Notes: generated from the letters alone by a model not told the origin. Shown: positions 48,941 to 59,946, numbered from the whole stretch's first letter. The stretch: DNA of 61,991 nucleotides, filler included, from Gemmatimonadota bacterium (GCA_003697105.1; 6 parts of 6 records of this genome joined end to end with filler, not necessarily neighbours in it), one strand, 5' to 3'. Numbers and translations: made by a program.

Positions 48941-51925
48941 TTAGTTTTGGTTTATACGATTCCACTGCCGTTTGGCTTCCTGACCAAATTCATCATTGGG
49001 ATGGTCTTCTATCACTTTTTGATAGGTCAACTTTGCTTCATGAATATTATTTAAATGTTCGTAGCAACGAGCGGCTTTCAACATCGCCCGCGCCACCCAC
49101 GCCGTATGCTCCGAATACAAATACCGGATACGCAGAAATTCCACTGCCGCTTTTTCGTAATCTGCTAACTGAAAATACACCTCACCGATATAAAATTGTG
49201 CCTCGACCGCCGTCTCATCAGAACGATGGTTGGTCACTTGCGTTAAGTGGTCGAGGGCATCGCTGTAAATTCGATCCTGAATGAGGAGTTTACCCAGTTC
49301 CAAATGTGCTTTATCCGCCGCTACGGTTGTGGGATAATTCTGGATGGTATGTTGGAACGTTGTCCGCGCCTCAATGCGCTGTTTTAATTGCAATTGGCAC
49401 ACACCGAGATAGTATAACGCATCCGCCACACGCACGTGTTGGGGATAGGTGTTGATTAAGGCTTCAAAATCGTTGGCTGCCGGTGCATACCGCTGTTGTT
49501 GGTATTGAATGAGTGCCATATTGAAGAGTGCTTCCGGGGCGGTTTCCCGGTCACTGTATTGTTCCACCACCGCTTGGTAATGAATATAGGCGTTGGTCAA
49601 ATCATTGAGTTCCAAATATGCCGCACCCATCCACATATAGGCATCATCCGCATACTCACTTTGGGGGTAATCCGTGATAACTTTTCGATATTCCTGAATG
49701 GCAGTTTCAAACTGGTTTAAATTGAAATACAATTCTCCTTTACGAAATTGCAATCCGGCGGCAAATTCCGTTTTTGGATGTTGACGGATGTATTCATCCG
49801 CCACGTTGACCGCCTCCTCGTCGCGCCCCATTTGGATGTATGCCCATTGCAGCCCGCTAATGGCATCATCCACCCACTCGCTCTGGGGATAATGTTCAAT
49901 TACTTTGCGATACGCCATCACCGCTTCCTCGTAGTTTCCCAAATTAAAAAGGCAATCCCCAATGGCATATTGTGCCCGGTCGGCATAGTTGCTGGCGGGA
50001 TTATCGTTAATCACTTGGGAATATGCTTTGACGGCGTCCTGAAATCGATTTTGTTTAAAGTAAACAGTACCGACATTGAATTGAGCTTCCGCCCGGAGCG
50101 GGCTTTGTGGAAAATCACGGATCAAGAGCTGGTAACGGCTCACGGCGGCATCATATTGTTCCAGTTGGTCCAGACAATCCCCGATCCGGAGGTACGCATC
50201 GTCCACAAATTCAGAATCACCGTAACGTTGAATCAGGTATTCCAAGGCAGTAATCGCCTCGGAAAACTGCTGTTGGTTAAAAAGCGATTCTCCAATTTGG
50301 CGCTGGCTCTCCGGAGCAAAAGAACTTTGGGGATAATTTTGGGTCACGGCGGAGAAATCCACCACCGCCCGGTCATATTTGCCGAGTTGGAAGTAACACC
50401 ACCCGCGCCCGTAGTATGCTGCTGCCGTCATGGAGCTTTCAGGATAATCGCTTAGAATCCGGTTGTACGCATTAAGCGCCTCGGTATATTTTTTTTGGGC
50501 AAATTGGCTTTCACCCAACCAATAAAGAACTTCTGGGGCGTCTTCATGGGCGGCATGTGTTGCCAGAAAATCCTGAAAAATCGCCACCGCTTCGGCATAG
50601 CGCTGTGTCTGGTAACGCGCTAACCCTTGTTTGTACCGGGCGCGGATGGCAAAATCGTGGTAAGGGTGATTTTGAATAACTAAACCATAGCTAACAAAGC
50701 TGGCTTCATATTGCCCCATTTCGTACTGGCACTCTGCTATCATATACTGTGCGGCAGCAATCAGCGTGGAATCCGACCCCGCCAGCAGGTCTTCGTAGCG
50801 CTGTTTTGCTTCAGCAAATGCCCGTTTCCGGAACAAGAGCCGGGCAATGGCAAATTCCGCATCATCCCGCAGGTCACTTTGGGGGAATTTTTCGATCATT
50901 TGCCGGAAAATAACCTCCGCTTGGGTCAACCGGTTAAGCCGTTCGTAGCAAATACCGCTGTTGAATAGGGCATCATCCGCATAATCGGATTGGGGAAATT
51001 GGCTGTACACCTCGCGGAACGCTTCTGCCGCGGCTTCAAACTGCTCTTGAGCAAAGTACGTTTTAGCAATACCAAATTGAAGTTGGTCTGCATAAGCGCT
51101 GCCGGTATGGGTGCGCAAGCCTTGCTGGTAGGTCTGCCGGGCTTGATCATATTCCTGCAAAAAATAGAGGGCTTCGCCGAGCAAATAGCGCCCTTCCACG
51201 GCATAACCCGCATCAGGTGTCGCTTCCAAAAGGGATGCCAACCCGTCGCGAGCCTCCGCATAGCGCCCTTGATAAAAAAGCGCCCGGTACAACTGAAATT
51301 GACTGCCCGGCACGAGGGAACTTTGCGGGAACTCCTCCACCACCTTGCGAAATGCCCCGGCGGCTTTGACCTGATCATTCAACTGGCGGTAGCACCAACC
51401 CAACGAATAAAACGCATAAGGTTCCACCCGGGACCCACCATATTCCAAAATGACCGTTTGGTACGCTTTAATCGCTTTCGGGAAATCCTGTAATTTGAAG
51501 TAACATTCACCAATCCAATACTGCGCCTCGCTACAGATAGCCCCCTCACATTGACTCAGTGCCTGCTGGTAAAATTCCAGTGCGGTGTCGTAGTCCTGCT
51601 GGTCAAAGTGAATCTTACCCAACCGGAAATTCGCCTCATCCAGAAACGTGCTTGTGGGATATTTTGCCAGCAACAACTGATATTCATAGGTTGCCCGTTG
51701 GAGTTTGCCGGAAAAAAATAGACTTTCGGCTTTTAAGTACTGTGCCTCGTGCAACCGCCCGTCCGTGGGATAGGTTGTAATAAACCGGTCTAATTCTTCC
51801 ACGGCTAACCCGTACAATTTATCAGTAAACAGACCCTTTGCCGTGCGCCAATCTCGATCCGCATTGGAGGCGTAAGCTGGATGTAGCGCGGCAAGAAAAA
51901 ACAACACCAATAGCCCTTTTTTCAT
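48941..51925 (-). CDS. Large exported TPR protein (BamD/CpoB-like repeats)
   Basis: Signal peptide MKKGLLVLFFLAALHPAYA; many ~37-aa repeats ..YP.S.YADDA.F..G. Confidence 0.9.
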   Translation of the reverse strand: MKKGLLVLFFLAALHPAYASNADRDWRTAKGLFTDKLYGLAVEELDRFITTYPTDGRLHEAQYLKAESLFFSGKLQRATYEYQLLLAKYPTSTFLDEANFRLGKIHFDQQDYDTALEFYQQALSQCEGAICSEAQYWIGECYFKLQDFPKAIKAYQTVILEYGGSRVEPYAFYSLGWCYRQLNDQVKAAGAFRKVVEEFPQSSLVPGSQFQLYRALFYQGRYAEARDGLASLLEATPDAGYAVEGRYLLGEALYFLQEYDQARQTYQQGLRTHTGSAYADQLQFGIAKTYFAQEQFEAAAEAFREVYSQFPQSDYADDALFNSGICYERLNRLTQAEVIFRQMIEKFPQSDLRDDAEFAIARLLFRKRAFAEAKQRYEDLLAGSDSTLIAAAQYMIAECQYEMGQYEASFVSYGLVIQNHPYHDFAIRARYKQGLARYQTQRYAEAVAIFQDFLATHAAHEDAPEVLYWLGESQFAQKKYTEALNAYNRILSDYPESSMTAAAYYGRGWCYFQLGKYDRAVVDFSAVTQNYPQSSFAPESQRQIGESLFNQQQFSEAITALEYLIQRYGDSEFVDDAYLRIGDCLDQLEQYDAAVSRYQLLIRDFPQSPLRAEAQFNVGTVYFKQNRFQDAVKAYSQVINDNPASNYADRAQYAIGDCLFNLGNYEEAVMAYRKVIEHYPQSEWVDDAISGLQWAYIQMGRDEEAVNVADEYIRQHPKTEFAAGLQFRKGELYFNLNQFETAIQEYRKVITDYPQSEYADDAYMWMGAAYLELNDLTNAYIHYQAVVEQYSDRETAPEALFNMALIQYQQQRYAPAANDFEALINTYPQHVRVADALYYLGVCQLQLKQRIEARTTFQHTIQNYPTTVAADKAHLELGKLLIQDRIYSDALDHLTQVTNHRSDETAVEAQFYIGEVYFQLADYEKAAVEFLRIRYLYSEHTAWVARAMLKAARCYEHLNNIHEAKLTYQKVIEDHPNDEFGQEAKRQWNRINQN

Positions 51926-52173
51926 GGTATCCCTCATGGTTATATCAATACAATTATAGCACTTGATTTATACCCAAATATACAAAGACCGTATATTTTT
52001 TGCAACAATTATTTAACGCTGCAAAATCCATTCAAAGCGCTTGCTATTATGGGTCACGCCGGAGACGGCTGTGTTGTTGAATTGTTGAGCTGGGGAATCT
52101 AAACCAAATGTGGCGTATTCGCCTTTCCTGATGGAACTGCCTTACTCCTGCAAGTGGATTGCCAACCGGTCAC

Positions 52174-52212
52174 AAAAAAACGTCCGAAACCATCGGGTGA
52201 TTTCGGACGTTT
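52174..52212 (-). terminator. Intrinsic terminator of the cohesin gene
   Basis: AAACGTCCGAAA / TTTCGGACGTTT with minus-strand T-run. Confidence 0.7.
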
Positions 52213-52248
52213 GCAACCGCTAGCGGTATGACGGAGAAAATAGAAATC

Positions 52249-52836
52249 CTATTCCTCCTCGTCCTGAAAATCCGCTTTAATCTTGCCCCAACTGGAACTG
52301 CCCACATCGCTGACACCGATTCCAACCTCCGTTGCCGCCCAATTCTCCACCGGAATGGAATCATTGGGACCGGGAATCGCGACGCAACGTAGCAGGTCAG
52401 ACCGGTAATTACCGGTAATCCGAAAATTGATGGGACAAACCCCCTCACCCACCGCCGTGAAGGTCACGGAACAGAGTTCTCCAGAGCCATACGCGCACGG
52501 CAGGTCACCATTTCGCACAAAGGCAAAGGTGTAATTGCTCCACCCTTGTTCATCCGGGGGATAGGCGCCCAGCGGCGCCTGACATTCGCCCACATCCAAC
52601 ATAAATTGCCCAAACGTCCATGATTCTGGATTGACATTGAGTAGAGATTGATCATATTCCAACGTGATGGAAACACCGCCTAATGAATCCACATCGGTCA
52701 CGTACACATAAACAGTGACTTGCTGATTGAGTTCGATCCGCCCGTTTGGCGCATCGGTCTCCAAATAGACCTCTGTGGCGAGCGCCACCGTAGCGGTTAG
52801 CAACACGACCCATAAGGTACTGAAAAAATAGCGCAT
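52249..52836 (-). CDS. Secreted cohesin-like domain protein with C-terminal SWGKIKA motif
   Basis: AAGGAG RBS, signal peptide, VTVYVYV..V..LGGV.ITLEYD..LL, GSGELCSVTF, tail SSWGKIKADF. Confidence 0.75.
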   Translation of the reverse strand: MRYFFSTLWVVLLTATVALATEVYLETDAPNGRIELNQQVTVYVYVTDVDSLGGVSITLEYDQSLLNVNPESWTFGQFMLDVGECQAPLGAYPPDEQGWSNYTFAFVRNGDLPCAYGSGELCSVTFTAVGEGVCPINFRITGNYRSDLLRCVAIPGPNDSIPVENWAATEVGIGVSDVGSSSWGKIKADFQDEEE

Positions 52837-52950
52837 GGTAACTCCTTTATATAAAATAAGTTAAATCCAAATGATTATTTCAACAAAATCATCCGCAGGG
52901 TTTTGGATTCCAATCCCGCCCTCAAGCGGTAGAGGTACACTCCACTTGCA

Positions 52951-53050
52951 NNNNNNNNNNNNNNNNNNNNNNNNNNNNNNNNNNNNNNNNNNNNTTAATT
53001 AATTAANNNNNNNNNNNNNNNNNNNNNNNNNNNNNNNNNNNNNNNNNNNN
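52951..53050. other. Artificial contig linker
   Basis: 44 N + TTAATTAATTAA + 44 N. Confidence 0.97.
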
Positions 53051-53089
53051 AACCAAAACCATCATTTATCCCTCTCGGAGTGTGGACAC

Positions 53090-54445
53090 ATGAAAACATC
53101 CATCAAAATTGCCAGTGGTCAAGGATTTTGGGGAGACCTGCAAATAGCACCAATTAATCAAGTACGACGTGGGAAAATTGATTATTTAGTAATGGACTAT
53201 TTGGCAGAAGTTACCATGTCCATTTTGCAGAAACAAAAATTACGTTACCCCGAAATGGGATACGCCCGAGACTTCCCGGAAACACTTCGTGAAATTTTAC
53301 CTGACATTAAAGAAAAAGGCATCAAAATCATTTCCAATGCGGGCGGAGTCAACCCGGAAGCATGTCGAGATAAAGTCCTTGAAATTGCCAATGAACTCGG
53401 TATTCGGAATCTTAAAATCGGTCTTATTTTAGGTGACAACATTTTAGACCAGATTGACGACTTCATAGCTGCGGGGACAACCCTTAACCATATGGAAACA
53501 GGGGAACCACTGTCAATGGTACGGGATAAAATATTGTCTGCCAATGTGTATCTGGGAGCGTTTCCGATGGTAGAAGCGTTACAGCAAGGCGCCGACATCG
53601 TTATTGCCGGACGTGCTACCGATACCGGCTTAACCCTTGCCCCAATGATCTATGAATTTGGGTGGAAACCAACCGATTATGATAAACTTGCCGCAGGAAC
53701 CGTGGCAGGGCACATCATGGAATGTGGTGCACAAGCCAGTGGTGGAAATTTCTTGGGAGATTGGCGCGCCGTCCCCAATATGCACGACATTGGATTCCCA
53801 ATTGTAGAAGCCTACCCCGACGGAACATTTGAAGTAACCAAACATGAAAATATGGGTGGATTAGTCAACTCAGCTACCGTTAAAGAACAACTACTTTACG
53901 AAATTGGGGATCCAACAGCGTATATCACTCCTGATTGCATTGCTGATTTTACCACAATTCAATTAGACAATATTGCACCAAATCGCGTAAAAGTCACCGG
54001 AATCAAAGGTTATCCAGAAACACCGTACTATAAAGTATCGGCGGCGTATGCCGCGGGATTTTCTACAGCGGCAACACTGGTATACAGTTGGCCGGACGCT
54101 CTGGAAAAGGCCCAATACGCCTTCGATATTCTAAAAAAGCGATGCGATGCCCTTGGACTCCGGTTTGACGAAATTCATGCCGATTACATTGGCGCAAACG
54201 CCTGCCATTTGGACGTCGCCGATCCGCAAGATCAGTATAATGAAGTCATGTTGCGCGTAGCCGTAAAGAGCCAGTATAAAGAGGACATCGCCCGGTTCGG
54301 TCGGGAAATTGCCCCGTTAATTCTGACAGGTCCCCCGGCGGTTACCGGATTTGCCGGAGGACGACCCCGACCCTCCGAAGTGGTTGCCTATTGGCCAGCA
54401 TTGATCGAAAAAACATTAATCAATCCGAAAGTAGATGTGAGGTAA
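53090..54445 (+). CDS. Acyclic terpene utilization AtuA family protein (DUF1446)
   Basis: GFWGD, DYLAEVTMSIL, NAGGVNP, GHIMECGAQASGGNF, EQLLYEI. Confidence 0.9.
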   Translation: MKTSIKIASGQGFWGDLQIAPINQVRRGKIDYLVMDYLAEVTMSILQKQKLRYPEMGYARDFPETLREILPDIKEKGIKIISNAGGVNPEACRDKVLEIANELGIRNLKIGLILGDNILDQIDDFIAAGTTLNHMETGEPLSMVRDKILSANVYLGAFPMVEALQQGADIVIAGRATDTGLTLAPMIYEFGWKPTDYDKLAAGTVAGHIMECGAQASGGNFLGDWRAVPNMHDIGFPIVEAYPDGTFEVTKHENMGGLVNSATVKEQLLYEIGDPTAYITPDCIADFTTIQLDNIAPNRVKVTGIKGYPETPYYKVSAAYAAGFSTAATLVYSWPDALEKAQYAFDILKKRCDALGLRFDEIHADYIGANACHLDVADPQDQYNEVMLRVAVKSQYKEDIARFGREIAPLILTGPPAVTGFAGGRPRPSEVVAYWPALIEKTLINPKVDVR

Positions 54446-54449
54446 CTCA

Positions 54450-54815
54450 ATGAAAACAGTATTCTTATACCAAATCGCACATGGTAGAAGCGGCGACAAA
54501 GGTGACGCCGTCAATGTGGGTATCATTGCGCGTAAGCCTGAATTTTATGAATTCATTGGACAAACCCTAACACCCGAACGTGTCAAATCCCATATGGGGC
54601 AAATGGTTGCTGGGGAGGTCATCCGGTATGACCTTCCCAATCTTCATGCGTACAATTTTATCTTGAATAACGCACTCGGTGGAGGGGGTACGATGTCCTT
54701 GCAATTGGATGCTCAAGGCAAAACATACGCCGCCGCTTTACTCAAAATGAAAGTGGAAGTTCCAGAGGAATGGGAAGTAATGCCGTGGCCTCAAAAAAGT
54801 GCCGAAAAGCAGTAA
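54450..54815 (+). CDS. Stand-alone AtuA C-terminal-like domain protein
   Basis: AHGRSGDKGD, LGGGG, DAQGK. Confidence 0.88.
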   Translation: MKTVFLYQIAHGRSGDKGDAVNVGIIARKPEFYEFIGQTLTPERVKSHMGQMVAGEVIRYDLPNLHAYNFILNNALGGGGTMSLQLDAQGKTYAAALLKMKVEVPEEWEVMPWPQKSAEKQ

Positions 54816-54897
54816 ACCAGATGCAAAAAATCCTTGCGTAACGCAGGCGAATCATTTATTTTTCTCGTCCTTCAAATGATGTCTGCTTTACCGGCGT

Positions 54898-54974
54898 GGG
54901 CGGTTAGCTCAGATGGTTAGAGTACTTGCTTGACATGCAAGGGGTCACTGGTTCAATTCCAGTACCGCCCACCA
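54898..54974 (+). tRNA. tRNA-Val(GAC)
   Basis: GGGCGGT acceptor, anticodon arm CTTGC-TT-GAC-AT-GCAAG, GGTTCAATTCC, CCA. Confidence 0.96.
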
Positions 54975-55041
54975 CTTTCATTAGAATACCTCCCCTATCC
55001 CACATGTTATGTGACCTCTTTTAATTTTTCCGGAGAAGCGT

Positions 55042-57174
55042 ATGACGCGAAATAACAGCCTACTATATCTTAGTTTGGGAATTATTCTCTTATTTAGCGG
55101 TATAACCCATGCCGTCACCACCCATTTTTGGGAACAAAAAACATCCACAGACTTTGCCAAAGGTGTTACAGAACATCTCGCCATCACAAGTGATGGTGAT
55201 GTCGTGCTCTCACCCCGGCTCAAAACAGTATCTAAGGAGTTATCCGAACTTTACATCTGGGCGCTGGTAGCCGATCAAAACGGAAATTTATATGCTGGAA
55301 CCGGTAACGGCGGTAAAATATTTAAAATTACCCCAGATGGAAGGGTTTCGGTCTTCATGGATTCCCCCCAAGTGAGCATTTTATCATTGATATTTGATAA
55401 AAAAGGCAATTTATACGCTGGCACCAGCCCCGATGGACTCATCTATAAGATTGAGCCAAACGGGAACGCCACCACGTTTTATCAAACCGAACAACGTTAT
55501 GTCTGGTCACTCGTCACCGATAACGATGGAAATGTGTATGCGGGCACCGGTACCCGCGGCAAAATATTTCGGATTCAGCCGGATGGTACCGGCGAAGAAT
55601 GGTACGATGCCCGGGAAACCCATATTATGACCTTACTCTACCGGAATCAAACCCTATACGCGGGTGGCGCCGGATACGGACTGATTTATAAAATTGACGC
55701 GAATAAAAATGTGTTCGTCTTATATGACGCCCCAGAAGAAGAAATTCATACGCTCATCATGGACACCGCCGGAAACCTCTATGCCGGCAGTATTCCCATC
55801 AACTTCCTAGATGTACCGTCTGTTCCGGTAGAGCGGCGTGACCCCAATACAAACGGTGAGTCATCTGATTCCGGTACTACTGGCATCTCCTCTGGATTTT
55901 CGCTCTCCTCCAACCAGCAAAGTTCGGTGTACCGGATTACACCGGATGGAAATGTGGATCGTATTTGGAAGTGCCCAGAACCTTTAATCTTATCCATGTT
56001 GATCGATTCACAGGGTAATTTGCTGGTCGGTACAGGCAACAATGGAGCGTTATATCAGGTGAAATTGAATGATCATCGAAACTACATCCAGTTACTGAAC
56101 TCATCCGACTCGCAATTATTGGCAATGGCAAAATCCCCCCGCAACGAGACTATCTACATTGCGACGGGGAATCTCGGACGGCTATATAAGTTAAGTGACA
56201 CACTGGCAGGAGAAGGTATCTTAGAATCGGATGTCTATGATACTCAGTTTCACTCGCAATGGGGAGTTTTGAGCTGGGAAAGTGTGACTCCCGAACAAAC
56301 CGGAATTCGCTTTGCCACCCGTAGTGGCAACACGGAAATCCCTGATGATACGTGGAGCGACTGGTCACCTGAATTCGACAAACCCAGTAAAATAACAAGC
56401 CCAGCCGCACGATTTATCCAGTGGCGCGCCACTTTAACCACACAGGATAGTACCATCTCACCGGATTTGTACGAGGTCTCCCTTGCATTTTTGCCAGAAA
56501 ATATGCCACCGGTGATCTCCGCGATTTCAGTCTATACCGCCGGTGAGAATGTCGGTAGTGCCGATGATAATGAGGGAGCAACATCACCAGACGCGACGAA
56601 TAAGAAAAATGGAAATACGCTCGATAATGGCAAAAGCACCGTGAAATGGAGTTGCACCGACCCCAACGAGGATGACCTCAGTTACACCCTCTATTTTCGC
56701 GGCAAGGGAGAATCAAACTGGAAAATACTGGCAAAAGATCAGACGAGTACCGAATACACCTGGAACACCGATACCTTCCCCGACGGTAAATACCAAATTA
56801 AAGTGGTTGCCACGGATAGCCTCGACAACCCCGCTACCTTGGCACACACAACTGAATTTATCAGCCGAGATTTCATCATTGATAATCATCCCCCAGTGGT
56901 TTCCAATTTAACAGCAACACCCGACCGGGGACGTACCGTCCGCATTGAAGCTACCGCGACAGATAGCATCAACCGGTTGGAAGAAGCGCATTATGCCCTT
57001 GATGGGGGAGAGTGGCAATTGATTTTCCCTACAGATCACATTCTCGATCAGCAAACCGAGTACTTTTCATTTGAATTCACCGGATTAGCCAAAGGCGAGC
57101 ATCTCATCGTCCTGCGAGTCAAGGATGCGGCAGGCAATACCGGTACCCAAAAAACCGTTTTTACAGTTCGATAA
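55042..57174 (+). CDS. Secreted beta-propeller protein with C-terminal Ig/FN3-like domains
   Basis: Signal peptide; repeated GNLYAGTG..G.I(F/Y)KI.P.G blades; RSGNT..PD.TWSDWS; DG.Y.IKV.A.D. Confidence 0.82.
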   Translation: MTRNNSLLYLSLGIILLFSGITHAVTTHFWEQKTSTDFAKGVTEHLAITSDGDVVLSPRLKTVSKELSELYIWALVADQNGNLYAGTGNGGKIFKITPDGRVSVFMDSPQVSILSLIFDKKGNLYAGTSPDGLIYKIEPNGNATTFYQTEQRYVWSLVTDNDGNVYAGTGTRGKIFRIQPDGTGEEWYDARETHIMTLLYRNQTLYAGGAGYGLIYKIDANKNVFVLYDAPEEEIHTLIMDTAGNLYAGSIPINFLDVPSVPVERRDPNTNGESSDSGTTGISSGFSLSSNQQSSVYRITPDGNVDRIWKCPEPLILSMLIDSQGNLLVGTGNNGALYQVKLNDHRNYIQLLNSSDSQLLAMAKSPRNETIYIATGNLGRLYKLSDTLAGEGILESDVYDTQFHSQWGVLSWESVTPEQTGIRFATRSGNTEIPDDTWSDWSPEFDKPSKITSPAARFIQWRATLTTQDSTISPDLYEVSLAFLPENMPPVISAISVYTAGENVGSADDNEGATSPDATNKKNGNTLDNGKSTVKWSCTDPNEDDLSYTLYFRGKGESNWKILAKDQTSTEYTWNTDTFPDGKYQIKVVATDSLDNPATLAHTTEFISRDFIIDNHPPVVSNLTATPDRGRTVRIEATATDSINRLEEAHYALDGGEWQLIFPTDHILDQQTEYFSFEFTGLAKGEHLIVLRVKDAAGNTGTQKTVFTVR

Positions 57175-57193
57175 CTTCAACTCAGGAGGATGC

Positions 57194-57790
57194 ATGATGC
57201 CAAAATGGATGATGGCACTTATCGGTATGTTCGTTATCGCCGGCTGGACCTCTCAAGCCTGCGCCCAGATGAATGTTGTTGGTATTGAAAAACAGATCAA
57301 ATTGGGATTGAATTTCGCCAATATCGGCGGTGATGATGCAGACGATACCAGCACTAAAACCGGCTTGGTTGGCGGTTTTGGTGTAAAACTGAGTCTAGCC
57401 GGAATAATTGCGGTTCAATCGGAACTGCTTTATACCAAAAAAGGAGCAACGGTTGATACCGGCGCCGAAGAGATAGACGCGACTTACGATTATCTCGAAA
57501 TCCCCGTAATGGGCAAAATAAACATGCCGGGTATTCCCAATTTTTATGCCGGTCCCGCACTCGGATTTAAACTAAACGCAGAAGCGGATGGCGACGATAT
57601 TGGCGACACGGTAAAAAGTACGGATTTCAGCCTCGTTATCGGCAGTGATTATGGCGTACCAATTCCCACGATTGGACGAGCCATTTTAGACTTGCGTTAT
57701 ACCTTTGGATTGTCCTCCTTTGATGATTCTGGCGCCGATTTAGATACGAAACATCGTGTTTTCTCGGTAATGCTCGGCTTTGGCTTCTGA
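57194..57790 (+). CDS. Outer-membrane beta-barrel (porin family, PorT-like)
   Basis: AGGAGG RBS, signal peptide, KLGLNFAN, ELLYTKKG, YLEIP, DLRYTFGL, C-terminal Phe. Confidence 0.85.
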   Translation: MMPKWMMALIGMFVIAGWTSQACAQMNVVGIEKQIKLGLNFANIGGDDADDTSTKTGLVGGFGVKLSLAGIIAVQSELLYTKKGATVDTGAEEIDATYDYLEIPVMGKINMPGIPNFYAGPALGFKLNAEADGDDIGDTVKSTDFSLVIGSDYGVPIPTIGRAILDLRYTFGLSSFDDSGADLDTKHRVFSVMLGFGF

Positions 57791-57819
57791 TCCAGAACAA
57801 AAACAATCCGGCGATCAAT

Positions 57820-57863
57820 AAAAAAAGCCGCATCACTCTTGGCGAGAATGATGCGGCATTTTT
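57820..57863. terminator. Bidirectional terminator
   Basis: A-run, GCCGCATCA / TGATGCGGC, T-run between convergent genes. Confidence 0.7.
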
Positions 57864-57881
57864 ATACCGGTTCGCAACCAA

Positions 57882-58121
57882 TCAACGGGGCTTGTAATCG
57901 GGACAAGTCACTGCATTCGGGCGTTCAGAACGAGTACAAACCGTGCCATAATCGTATTTACAGGTATCACATAGATACCGGCTACCGGTCGTTTTCAAAT
58001 TTCGACCCCCACGCAATTGCCCCCGTTGTTTCTCCTGAATACCAATCATCAAATAATAAAATGACCGCAACACCAGTACACAGATAGCAAAAACCAAAAA
58101 TACCAAAAATACCCGCAACAT
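57882..58121 (-). CDS. Small membrane-anchored protein with four-Cys motif
   Basis: GGGAG RBS, ATG 58121, N-terminal TM, CDTC-x7-C-x10-C. Confidence 0.65.
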   Translation of the reverse strand: MLRVFLVFLVFAICVLVLRSFYYLMIGIQEKQRGQLRGGRNLKTTGSRYLCDTCKYDYGTVCTRSERPNAVTCPDYKPR

Positions 58122-58200
58122 GGAACACTCCCGGATAGAACTCAAAACCCAGTTTCGATGTTCCATAATAAAACGATCCGCGGATAATCGCAATCCGAAA

Positions 58201-58483
58201 TTAACGCACGGCAATTGCCTGAGGCCCATCTCCAACTAAAAATTCACCGGAAACCTCCCCCGTCGTCACATCCAAAATACCGACTTTATCTTCACCGAAA
58301 ATATTGAAATAGACAAAGTCCCCACGCCCAATCATGGCGCCGCTATCTGCCAACGTGGTGAGGGGGTCATCCAGCCCGTGCAAAATCGTATTGGATACCG
58401 GATCGTAATTCAATATTCCAACACCAAACCCCGCCAAATACATGGAACCCTGATGGTACAAAATACCTCCCGGGGAACTCCCA
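58201..58483 (-). CDS. C-terminal fragment of a YncE/YVTN-like beta-propeller protein (5' truncated)
   Basis: Ends ...VGILDVTTGEVSGEFLVGDGPQAIAVR. Confidence 0.65.
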
Positions 58484-58583
58484 NNNNNNNNNNNNNNNNN
58501 NNNNNNNNNNNNNNNNNNNNNNNNNNNTTAATTAATTAANNNNNNNNNNNNNNNNNNNNNNNNNNNNNNNNNNNNNNNNNNNN
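58484..58583. other. Artificial contig linker
   Basis: 44 N + TTAATTAATTAA + 44 N. Confidence 0.97.
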
Positions 58584-59732
58584 CGGCTGGGTGTCTTGTA
58601 TGTGGATACACACCTTGCCTTACGGGAATTTTCGAAGTCCGATTTAGCCTTTTTGCACGCGATCTCCCGTCAGTTGGCGGCGGTGATCGAAAACGCTAGT
58701 CTGCACAAACGAGAGTTGGAAGAGGAAGAAGAAAAAATCCGCCGGTTGGAAGAAGAAAAATTGAACCTCAAAAAATTATTGGAAGGTAAACGCAAAATTA
58801 TTGGCAATTGTGAGGCAATGGAAGCGGTATTTTCTGCCATCCATAAAGTCGCCCAGACAGATGCTACGGTGCTGATTTATGGGGAAAGCGGCACGGGGAA
58901 GGAATCGGTTGCCCACAGTATCCATAATTTAAGTCATCGTATGGATCAGCCGTTTGTCATTGTTGATTGTGGGGCGATTCCCGAAAATCTGATTGAAAGC
59001 GAACTTTTCGGGCACGAAAAAGGGGCGTTTACCGGCGCTTATACTCAGAAAAAAGGTAAGTTTGAACTGGCAAACAAAGGGACGATCTTTTTGGATGAGA
59101 TCGGGGAGTTGCCGCTCCATTTGCAAGTGAAACTATTGCGCGTTTTGCAAGAATCTGAAATCACCCGGATTGGCGGGCGGCAACCCATCAAACTGGATAT
59201 TCGAGTCATTGCTGCCACCAACCGGAATTTAGAGCAGGAAATTGAGGAAAAGACGTTCCGTACCGACCTCTACTACCGCTTAAATACCGTCCAAATTGAT
59301 CTACCCCCCTTACGGGAACGGGGCTCTGACGTGATCCTGCTGGCAAACTTTTTCCTGAACCGGTTTGGTCAGGAGAGTCATAAAAAAATTAAAGGCTTTA
59401 CCAAAGAAGCCATTGCCGCCATGGAAGCCTACGAGTGGCCCGGTAATATCCGTGAGCTCGAACATAAAATTGAACGGGCGGTAATCATGACCGAAAATCA
59501 ATATCTTACCCCAGAAGATTTACAACTGGGTGTCGATTCGGTCAAAAAGATGAAATTAAAAGAAGCCCGCGAACAACTGGAAATTCAGTACTTACGAGAA
59601 TCATTAACCAAGCATCAAGGGAATGTGACCTACGCGGCGGAAGATATTGGTATTAGCCGGGTGCGTTTTCACCAATTGCTCGATAAATATGGTATTGACC
59701 GCGAAGCGTTTACACCCCATGCCGCGCGCTGA
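58584..59732 (+). CDS. GAF-domain sigma54-dependent activator (5' truncated)
   Basis: GAF end (LGVLYVD...FSKSDL...IENA.L), [25 protein letters not shown]. Confidence 0.93.
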   Translation, partial: RLGVLYVDTHLALREFSKSDLAFLHAISRQLAAVIENASLHKRELEEEEEKIRRLEEEKLNLKKLLEGKRKIIGNCEAMEAVFSAIHKVAQTDATVLIYGESGTGKESVAHSIHNLSHRMDQPFVIVDCGAIPENLIESELFGHEKGAFTGAYTQKKGKFELANKGTIFLDEIGELPLHLQVKLLRVLQESEITRIGGRQPIKLDIRVIAATNRNLEQEIEEKTFRTDLYYRLNTVQIDLPPLRERGSDVILLANFFLNRFGQESHKKIKGFTKEAIAAMEAYEWPGNIRELEHKIERAVIMTENQYLTPEDLQLGVDSVKKMKLKEAREQLEIQYLRESLTKHQGNVTYAAEDIGISRVRFHQLLDKYGIDREAFTPHAAR

Positions 59733-59752
59733 TGTATTAATACCACCGGTAC

Positions 59753-59769
59753 TGTAATTATAATTTACA
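59753..59769. promoter_or_regulatory. Palindromic candidate upstream activator site
   Basis: TGTAATTATAATTTACA about 180 nt upstream of a -24/-12 promoter. Confidence 0.45.
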
Positions 59770-59946
59770 TAACTTCTAATATGCTTATTATCAATTGGTT
59801 ACAAAATTTGTTATCGGGGGTACTATATTTGACCCTGTAATCTTTTTTAACGAATTCCCTTTCATTTTCCTTTGTTTTCCGTTTTGTTTTCCATCGGACG
59901 CCTCTTTATATGTTATAACTTAATGAAAAATAAATAGTTAACTAGG

